Positions 57,094-64,000 of a stretch of DNA of 64,000 bases are shown in pieces (within the stretch, counting starts at the first letter, position 1; each line of letters begins with the position of its first letter). Source of the stretch: Candidatus Multivoradales bacterium (lineage in GTDB: Bacteria > Acidobacteriota > Thermoanaerobaculia > Multivoradales > Multivoraceae); NCBI GenBank assembly GCA_965223325.1, contig CBDCWI010000002.1, positions 288,001-352,000 of the forward strand. Direction: 5' to 3'. A model generated the notes under the pieces. The model made no database searches and was not told where the DNA came from. It was given only the letters and a program-made list of their open reading frames with translations. Both the position numbers and the translations under genes were made by a program.

Positions 57094-59646
57094 TCAGTAA
57101 CGCAAGCGCAAGGTCGCACCGTAGGTGCGCGGCGCCTCGAGGAAGGCTGCGCGACTGCCAACCCGCAGAGGCGTGTTGAAGGTCACGTTCCTGGTCTGCT
57201 CATCGGTGATGTTGTCGCCCCAGAGCTCAACGTTCCAGGTGCCCGAGTAGCTACCCAGACCGAGGCGCAGATGTACCTTGGTGTTGGACTCCTGGATGTC
57301 GAACAAGAGGCCCGGCTGGGTGCTGGTGCGACGGTCGTCCTCGTAGCGGGCGTTGGCCGAAACGAAGTACGTGAACTTGTCGCTCACGAAATCGTTCCAG
57401 CCAGCACCGAAGGTCACGACGTTCTCGGGTGCGTTGGTAAACGGCGCACCGCAGAGCGAAGCAACCGAGGCAGGTGCCCCCAGGCCGCCGTCACAGTCAG
57501 CGGGATACTGCGACTCTGCGTAGATGTAGCCCAGCGACAACTCGAGCTCGTTGGTTGGTAGTGCGTTGAGCTCGAGCTCGAAGCCCTGACTCTCCGCGTT
57601 CGGAACGTTGAAGGTTATGAACTGGACGCCGGTGAACTCGAGCACCTGGAAGTCTTCGATGTCGTAGTCGAAGAGCGCCGCGTTCAAACGCACCCGCCGG
57701 TTGGCGAACTCAGACTTGAGACCCAGCTCGACAGCGTCGACTTTCTCGGAGCGGAAGCGCGGATCAGCGCCGCCAGCGGCGGCTGTCGAGTCGAGGTTGA
57801 ACCCGCCCGACTTGAATCCGTGGGTGTAGCTCCCGTAGAGGCTGGTTCCATCCGTCAGCGAGAAGACGGCCTTGCCGGTGTAGACCAGCTCGTCGTCTTC
57901 GAAGGTGTTGTCGAACGTCGCCGGTAGGATCAGGATGCCGGTGTCGGCCGGAGTCGCGAACGGGAAGCAGGCAAAGCCGGCGGAGAAGTTGCCAATCGTC
58001 GCGGCCACGACTTCGAGACCGGTGCCCGCCGCACCCGCCGCCAATCGACTGGCGTTCAACACGGTGTTGATGCACGCCGGGTTGGTGGCCTGGCCCTGGC
58101 TGAACCGACCGTCCTTGGTCTCGTCGACGTAGCGGAGGCCAACGACGAAGTCGAAGTTGTCGGTCACCCTCCAGGTGTTGTGGGTGAAGATCGACCACGA
58201 TTCACCTTCCTGCTCGAAGAGGTTCTGCGCAAAAGCGCCCGCCGAGTCGACGCCACCAGCAAAGGCCAGGGCCTGGTTATCGGCCCCGAGGATGTCCCCG
58301 AAGGTGCCACCGGTGGCCATCGGAACACCGGCCAGGAGGGGAGCGGCGCCGAGAACCGGAGCGAAGGCGAAGTTCCACAGCATGGCGTCCATGTTCTGCG
58401 TGTAGGCCGTGCCGAGACCAAGGCCGCCCTGTTCGACGATGGTCTCGTCTGAGTAGTAGCCTCCGAGCATCCAGCCGAACGAGTCGGTATCGCCGGCGAT
58501 GCGCAGCTCGTGAGTGCTGGTCTCGATCTCATCGAAGGAGACGAAACCACCGGCCACGGAGGGCTGCACTGAGAACACGTCCATATTGACGAAGTCAGTC
58601 TGCTGCACGCTGGTGGCCTTGAAGTCGCGGTAGGAACCGATGTAGGTCAGCGTGGCGTTGTCGGAAAGACCGACGTTGAGTTCGGCGGAGAGCCCGGTCT
58701 GGTCGAAGGGATTCTCGAACTGCTCGGCGTTCGAAACGCGATCTTCGAAGGCACCGAAGCCACTGCGCGAAACGCCTCCGTTAGCCGGCAGGCCGGCGGC
58801 AGCAAAGGAACCCAACGCCGCGCCGGCGGTCTCGTTGAGAATGACCGCGTCACAGCACTGCTCATCGGCGTCCGAGTAGTCGCCGATGATGCGCAGATCG
58901 GAGTTGTCGCTGAGCTGGAAAAGCAGCTGGCCACGCACGAGCACACGATCGCGGTTGCGACTCTCGGCGCCGGTTGTGCTTTCGAGGAAACCGTCGCGCT
59001 TGCGGTAGGCACCGGAGAGGCGATAGGCCGAGCTATCGGACATGCCACCGGAGACACCCGCCTGGACGTTGTAGGCATTGAAGTTACCCGCGGTGAGGTT
59101 GACGAAGGTCTTGGTGTCGCCAAAGGCAGGCTTCTTGGTGCGCAGGTTGAGCGCACCGGCCGAGACGTTGCGACCAAAGAGGGTGCCCTGGGGACCGCGC
59201 AGGACCTCGATCGCCTCGACGTCGAGCTGGTCGCCGAGGGCCACGCCGGGACGGCTCAGGTAGACACCGTCGAGAAAAACGCCAACCGAGCTCTCGAGAC
59301 CGATGTTGTTGCCCGTTGTGCCAACGCCGCGGATGCGCAGGGTGGAGCCTTGCGACTCGGTCTGCGAGGAGTTCATGTTGAAGCTCGGGGCGAGCAGCGG
59401 CAGATCACGGATGTCTTCGACGCCCGCGCGTTCGAGTTGCAGCTCGGTCACCGCGGTGACCGCGATGGGAACGTCTTGAATCGACTCCTCGCGCTTGGTG
59501 GCGGTGACCGTGACTTCCTCGAGGAAGATCGGCTCCTCCGTAGCGGTCTCCTGATCGGAGTCGTCTTGTTGCGCCGTAAGTGGGGCAGTGAGCAGCAGAA
59601 GCGGACAGGCAAGTGCAGCTAGCAGTGCTCGGTGAGATTTCGACAT
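57094..59646 (-). CDS. TonB-dependent receptor
   Basis: Signal peptide; EEVTVTA TonB box; EVLRGPQGTLFGRN; PRTYGATLRLRY C-terminus. Confidence 0.95.
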   Translation of the reverse strand: MSKSHRALLAALACPLLLLTAPLTAQQDDSDQETATEEPIFLEEVTVTATKREESIQDVPIAVTAVTELQLERAGVEDIRDLPLLAPSFNMNSSQTESQGSTLRIRGVGTTGNNIGLESSVGVFLDGVYLSRPGVALGDQLDVEAIEVLRGPQGTLFGRNVSAGALNLRTKKPAFGDTKTFVNLTAGNFNAYNVQAGVSGGMSDSSAYRLSGAYRKRDGFLESTTGAESRNRDRVLVRGQLLFQLSDNSDLRIIGDYSDADEQCCDAVILNETAGAALGSFAAAGLPANGGVSRSGFGAFEDRVSNAEQFENPFDQTGLSAELNVGLSDNATLTYIGSYRDFKATSVQQTDFVNMDVFSVQPSVAGGFVSFDEIETSTHELRIAGDTDSFGWMLGGYYSDETIVEQGGLGLGTAYTQNMDAMLWNFAFAPVLGAAPLLAGVPMATGGTFGDILGADNQALAFAGGVDSAGAFAQNLFEQEGESWSIFTHNTWRVTDNFDFVVGLRYVDETKDGRFSQGQATNPACINTVLNASRLAAGAAGTGLEVVAATIGNFSAGFACFPFATPADTGILILPATFDNTFEDDELVYTGKAVFSLTDGTSLYGSYTHGFKSGGFNLDSTAAAGGADPRFRSEKVDAVELGLKSEFANRRVRLNAALFDYDIEDFQVLEFTGVQFITFNVPNAESQGFELELNALPTNELELSLGYIYAESQYPADCDGGLGAPASVASLCGAPFTNAPENVVTFGAGWNDFVSDKFTYFVSANARYEDDRRTSTQPGLLFDIQESNTKVHLRLGLGSYSGTWNVELWGDNITDEQTRNVTFNTPLRVGSRAAFLEAPRTYGATLRLRY

Positions 59647-59865
59647 TCCGTTCTCTCCTTGGGTAACAAGGTTGATGCAGCTACAGGGCTAAGTCCCTGG
59701 GCGTACGCAAGGATAACGACTACCTGGCGCCCTCTGTATAGGTAGTTTGCGATCTTCCCACGCATCGAGGCACCGGTTGCGAGAATAGGCCGATCCGTCC
59801 CGCCGTAGTTTCCAGGAGCTCTAGAGGAAGAACCTTCGGAGTCGCAACAACCATGCGAGGAGACG

Positions 59866-60048
59866 ATGTCGATGGAAGTCCTGGAAAGGAGCGATGAACA
59901 CCCCAACTGCCCTCACTGCAAAACCAGTCTGACGCAGATCTGGTTTCGAGAACTCAAAACACTTCTAGGCAGGCGCTACATCTATTTCTGCCCCTCGTGT
60001 CGTGGAGTTCTGGGAATCACGCATCGCAAGGGCTTCTGGATGGGCTGA
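59866..60048 (+). CDS. Small zinc-ribbon protein
   Basis: CPHC...CPSC; GAGGAG RBS. Confidence 0.65.
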   Translation: MSMEVLERSDEHPNCPHCKTSLTQIWFRELKTLLGRRYIYFCPSCRGVLGITHRKGFWMG

Positions 60049-60138
60049 AGCACCCAGGTGAGCCCGCAAGAGCTCCGCTCGGTTCGCGATCAGATCTGGT
60101 TGATGAGACCTGTTGCCCCGCGGCTTGGCTCCGGCGCG

Positions 60139-63100
60139 CTACCGGCTCGTGTTGTCCCAGGCACCGACACCGCCACCCTCGAAATCGTCGGCAAACAGGA
60201 TCTCTGGACTGGTCGAGTTCCCGAGGCTGGGTAGCTCGAGCGCCGGGTCTCCGATCAGGTGGTAGATCTTCGCCAGGTCGTCGAACCGCGTCTGAGGGGC
60301 GATGGTGCCGAGAGAGTGAAGCCAGACGTCACCGAGCCGCTGTGGCTTGCCGGCGAGCACCTGTGCCAGGAGTTGGCGGCCGAGCTCCACTGCCTCGTCG
60401 TGCACCGAGAGGCCGGACGGGGCAAGGACCGCGACCGCGCCACGTCGTGGCTCGAGCGTCAGCTTCTCGGCCAGCGAAACATACTGTGGCACTTCGAAAC
60501 GGCCGGCCGAGCACGTCAAGGCGCTCACGACCGGGAACAGTGGGCCTGTTTGTAGGTCAGATACGTCGGCGACCGTCAAAAGGCCCTCGGCTGCCAAGCG
60601 ATCAAGACCGCCATGCCCCAGGAAGTTCATCAGCACCGAACCCGATGCAAAGGACTGTCTGGTTTGTGCCCTGGCCTCTGTAAGGGAGAGCGAGCTCAAG
60701 CTGATCTCGTTGACCGAAAGATCAGCGGGGACGATGGATGACATGAGGGAGCTGTCGCGAGGGAAGTCTCCGGCGTAGTCGGGATTGTCGCTCAGGAACG
60801 AGATCGTACCGGCTGGATCGCCCGCAGACCGCTCGAACCATTCGACCTTCTCGAGATAGGCGCTGAGCTCGGCGGCGTTGCTGATCGGAATGCGTCCGAT
60901 CGCAACTTCGAGACCCGGGGATGTCGTCAGGTCGGCCAGCGCGGAATCGGATGCATAGAGTCCATGGGGGGTCGCAACCAGGGCCGGGGGCAGCAGATTG
61001 TCTCCGTTCTGCAGCGCATCGCGGTAGTCCATCGAACCTCGACCCAGGAGAACCACGTAGCGAGGCACAGTCGACCAGCGGTCGAAGGCTCGGCGTAGAA
61101 ACTCTCGGACAGCCCAGGGATTCGCCTCGCCGTAGCTGAAGGCGTCGTAGATCGCCTCGACCGGGACCACCGAGGTCGAAAGCCCCGACCAGGTGGCACG
61201 GTAGTCCGCCAGGGCGTCGCCGGCATCCATGAGCGCTAACGGAGCGATGATCAGATACTCGGCTGCGTAGGCGTCGAGTCTGGTGGCCGTTGCAGCCGGC
61301 CTGACGAGGGACGGTCGCAGTAGCGAATCGCGTGCTGTGACCTCGTAGGTACGAGTGCTGTCTGACCAGAACACGATCGAGGAACCTGCGGCTCCGTCAT
61401 CACCTGCGGTCGGAAGAATCACCATCGGTTGAGAGGGATCCGTCACGTCGAGCATCACGCCGCCCCCGTTACCGAGGCCGGTGACCTCGACCAGGGAATC
61501 CCCTCCGAAGAATCGCAGCCTTCCGCTTCCATCCAGGATTGGGCGACGGGGGTAGGACACCGTAAGGCCGTCGACGTAGAAGATGCTGCGACTCACTCCA
61601 GGCATGGCAACTGCGACCAGATCGAGACGGATTGTGGAAGCGCTGATGACGCCTGGGGGAACTTCGAAGCGAAGAGTGCGGTGCTCACGACCGGGAAAGC
61701 TCACTGTCCCGACTGGAACGCCATCGACCTGCAACGACAAACCGTGATCCATGACCTCCAGGCCGTCGGTGGCACCGAAGACGTCGACTTCGATCACCGT
61801 CGAGAGGGCCTCCGGGACGTAGTGTGGCAGCTCGAGAATCAACGTCTTCTCGAGCAGACTCGAGTGGCTGGTGCCGTGAACCGACCAGAACCAGAACTCG
61901 CGCTCTGGATCTCGGGCTGCGGCGGTCGCCGGGAAAACATCGTTCTCGAAACGCAGAGGTGAGAGAACCGCTGGGGCAGCGACTTCCCTGGCCCCAGCCT
62001 CAGCCACCCGCTCGGTGACCTCGATCCCCAGCCGGCGCTCGAGCTGATAGACGCTTCCAGAGTGAAACAGGGATGGCGCGCCGAAAGCATAGAAGGAGAG
62101 CCCTGAACCATCGAGGCTCCACCACGGAATCTCCTCGCCAGCTCGAGACAGTCGCAGACCTTGGCTCGCGATCAGCGAGGCGGCAGCATCTCTGCTGATG
62201 GTCATGGCGGATGCGACCTCTTGGGTACTCAAGAAGTGAATCCCATCCCGAGACACGCCGATGTGAGCCCTTGGACCCGAGATCGCGGCCGGCAAGAGGG
62301 CGCGCGCAGCCGGCGGACTCAATGGACTCTTCGTGGGAGCATTCGGGATCGACTCGAATGCCGCCCCGATCGCCGCCGCGCGGGTGTCGGCGCGAACCTC
62401 GAACACTCCGAGGTGGCGGGTCGCTCCTGACAGTTCGACTTCCTCTAGAAGATAGAGTTGGGGTTCCGAGGCCGTCGCATCGTGATCGAGGAGGCGATAC
62501 GTCGCTCCGGCAGGCGCAAAGACCTCGGCTGGCAAGACACCCTCGTGGACTGGAACCCATCCGAGTGCAGTCGAGAAGCGCGACACAATGAAACCCAATG
62601 TGCCCTCCTCGCTGGCGGTACTCCACTCGAGCACCGTCGAATCGCCGAGGCTGGATGCCGAAACGCTCGCCAGCAGGGCGCGGGTCACGGGCCGGGCGTA
62701 GCCGAAGTCTTGAGGAGGCGGATCGACCGCGGCGATCGAAACTGGCTGAACACCGGCAGTTGCGAGCTGTGTCGTTTGTTCGGCGCCGGAGATGCTGGTG
62801 CCAGACAGGTCCGAAACGATCAACCAGTCCGAGGATCCAGGCAGTCCGATGAACGCGTAGGTTCCGTTCGCCAGACTCGTCACCGCACCGAAGAAGGGAT
62901 CCGTGAGATCAAGGACCCCATCACCGTCCAGGTCGCGGTAGAGGGAGAGTACGGCCCCACCAACACCGGCCTCGCCACCGTTCAGGACGCCATTGGCGTT
63001 ACCGTCTTCGAAGACTGTCCCAACGATCTTGTACGACGTGCTGCTGACAGTGAACCCGAAATCGGCGGTGAAGTCGGACGGCGCTCGAACGCCGGGTGAC

Positions 63101-63999
63101 AGCGTCACGGCGTAGGGATCCGCCTGCGATTCGCCATCGGTCTGAGTGACGCCCTGGGTCCTGGATAGGCCCTCGAGAACCAGGCGCTCGTCGCTGACGC
63201 TCGCCAGGTAGTCTTCCGGGGGAAGAGCGAGGAAATAGTATTCGCCATTGCGGTCGGTGATTGCCTCTCGAACCAGGTTGTCGACCCCGGGCTCGACGGT
63301 GGAGTTGTTGTTGGAATCGAGCCACAACGCCACCGTGACGCCCTCGATCCCGGGCTCACCCGGATCATGACTGCCGTCACCGTTCTTGTCGTGCCAGACG
63401 AGGTTGCCGATCGTGCCGAGACCAGCCCCCGGCGCGTAGCCAAAGTCGGCGCTGTCATGATTGTCACCTGCAACCACCGTGATGGTCGCAGTCGGGTTGC
63501 TGCCGGCACTGAGGTTGAAACCAACGAGTAGTCCCACAGTGTCGGTCACCTCGACGGTGTAGTCGCCAGCTGCCAGGCCGGAGAAGGAGTAACGACCATC
63601 GGCGGCGGTCATGGTGGTTGCGAGCAACGAACCGCCAGAGTCGAAGAGACTGAGGCTGACGCCGCCGATTCCAGACTCGCCCGCGTCTCTGGATCCATTG
63701 CCATTGGCGTCGAGAAAGACGAGGTCGCCGATGGTGGCAAAGCCGGTGCCAGGGACTGTTTCCTGGAACCCGAAATCGGCGAACAGCCAGTCCGTTCCAG
63801 CGTCGACGGCGAAGTTCATCGCTGCCAGCGGGAAGCTGGTCGGATTCGGATCGAGCCCGGCAGGTAGCTTCGACGTATCGACTGACACGTTGTAGACCCC
63901 GGTCGTGCTGATGCCGGTTGCCAGGTAGTTGCCGTAGGCGTCGGTGGTTACGGTGACGTTGTAGCCACCCGGACCGGTGACCGTGACGTCTACTCCGGC
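60139..63999 (-). CDS. Large surface protein: SdrD/Cna-B repeats + C25 (gingipain-like) cysteine peptidase; 5' end beyond the window
   Basis: IGDLVFLDANGNG...DFGY repeats; EYLIIAP, IGRIP, FLGHG, LTC, IGDP; frame stays open to the window end. Confidence 0.88.
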   Translation of the reverse strand, partial: AGVDVTVTGPGGYNVTVTTDAYGNYLATGISTTGVYNVSVDTSKLPAGLDPNPTSFPLAAMNFAVDAGTDWLFADFGFQETVPGTGFATIGDLVFLDANGNGSRDAGESGIGGVSLSLFDSGGSLLATTMTAADGRYSFSGLAAGDYTVEVTDTVGLLVGFNLSAGSNPTATITVVAGDNHDSADFGYAPGAGLGTIGNLVWHDKNGDGSHDPGEPGIEGVTVALWLDSNNNSTVEPGVDNLVREAITDRNGEYYFLALPPEDYLASVSDERLVLEGLSRTQGVTQTDGESQADPYAVTLSPGVRAPSDFTADFGFTVSSTSYKIVGTVFEDGNANGVLNGGEAGVGGAVLSLYRDLDGDGVLDLTDPFFGAVTSLANGTYAFIGLPGSSDWLIVSDLSGTSISGAEQTTQLATAGVQPVSIAAVDPPPQDFGYARPVTRALLASVSASSLGDSTVLEWSTASEEGTLGFIVSRFSTALGWVPVHEGVLPAEVFAPAGATYRLLDHDATASEPQLYLLEEVELSGATRHLGVFEVRADTRAAAIGAAFESIPNAPTKSPLSPPAARALLPAAISGPRAHIGVSRDGIHFLSTQEVASAMTISRDAAASLIASQGLRLSRAGEEIPWWSLDGSGLSFYAFGAPSLFHSGSVYQLERRLGIEVTERVAEAGAREVAAPAVLSPLRFENDVFPATAAARDPEREFWFWSVHGTSHSSLLEKTLILELPHYVPEALSTVIEVDVFGATDGLEVMDHGLSLQVDGVPVGTVSFPGREHRTLRFEVPPGVISASTIRLDLVAVAMPGVSRSIFYVDGLTVSYPRRPILDGSGRLRFFGGDSLVEVTGLGNGGGVMLDVTDPSQPMVILPTAGDDGAAGSSIVFWSDSTRTYEVTARDSLLRPSLVRPAATATRLDAYAAEYLIIAPLALMDAGDALADYRATWSGLSTSVVPVEAIYDAFSYGEANPWAVREFLRRAFDRWSTVPRYVVLLGRGSMDYRDALQNGDNLLPPALVATPHGLYASDSALADLTTSPGLEVAIGRIPISNAAELSAYLEKVEWFERSAGDPAGTISFLSDNPDYAGDFPRDSSLMSSIVPADLSVNEISLSSLSLTEARAQTRQSFASGSVLMNFLGHGGLDRLAAEGLLTVADVSDLQTGPLFPVVSALTCSAGRFEVPQYVSLAEKLTLEPRRGAVAVLAPSGLSVHDEAVELGRQLLAQVLAGKPQRLGDVWLHSLGTIAPQTRFDDLAKIYHLIGDPALELPSLGNSTSPEILFADDFEGGGVGAWDNTSR

Positions 64000-64000
64000 G

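Overview
GC-rich bacterial chromosome segment, most likely Acidobacteriota and possibly Thermoanaerobaculia (inferred from the protein families, the fused LptF/G and a C-terminal 'ILFADDFE' motif). Positions 1 to ~21,500 are the right part of a genomic island integrated at the 3' end of tRNA-Pro(GGG), with a large serine recombinase at the junction. The island carries: an IS3-family element; a leading-region-like block (ssb, ardC, Frpo-like hairpins, four phased 16-bp repeats); a defence operon (excisionase-like HTH, Fic, PLD-like/SNF2 helicase, DUF4391, type III Mod/Res, FRG, EVE-like, GIY-YIG-DUF4357); and an unusual divergent module. That module pairs a zinc-ribbon Ser/Thr kinase with a FimB-like tyrosine recombinase lacking two catalytic residues (H->L, Y->F), a TPR-like protein and an orphan BlaI-family repressor. 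BlaI-type ACA-NN-TGT boxes recur upstream of both the integrase operon and ssb, 17 kb apart; this module is the best candidate for an undescribed system. A 217-bp tandem duplication beside the tRNA creates a tRNA-Pro copy with a rebuilt T-loop. The rest of the window holds an exopolysaccharide locus (22.5-39.9 kb), housekeeping genes (ribH, nusB, lptE, rpsT, tol-pal, etfBA, TrmH-family methyltransferase, YjjX-like NTPase, metK, lptF/G), a TonB-dependent receptor and a large SdrD-repeat/C25 peptidase running off the window end. All family calls come from motif recognition by eye; no database searches were run.
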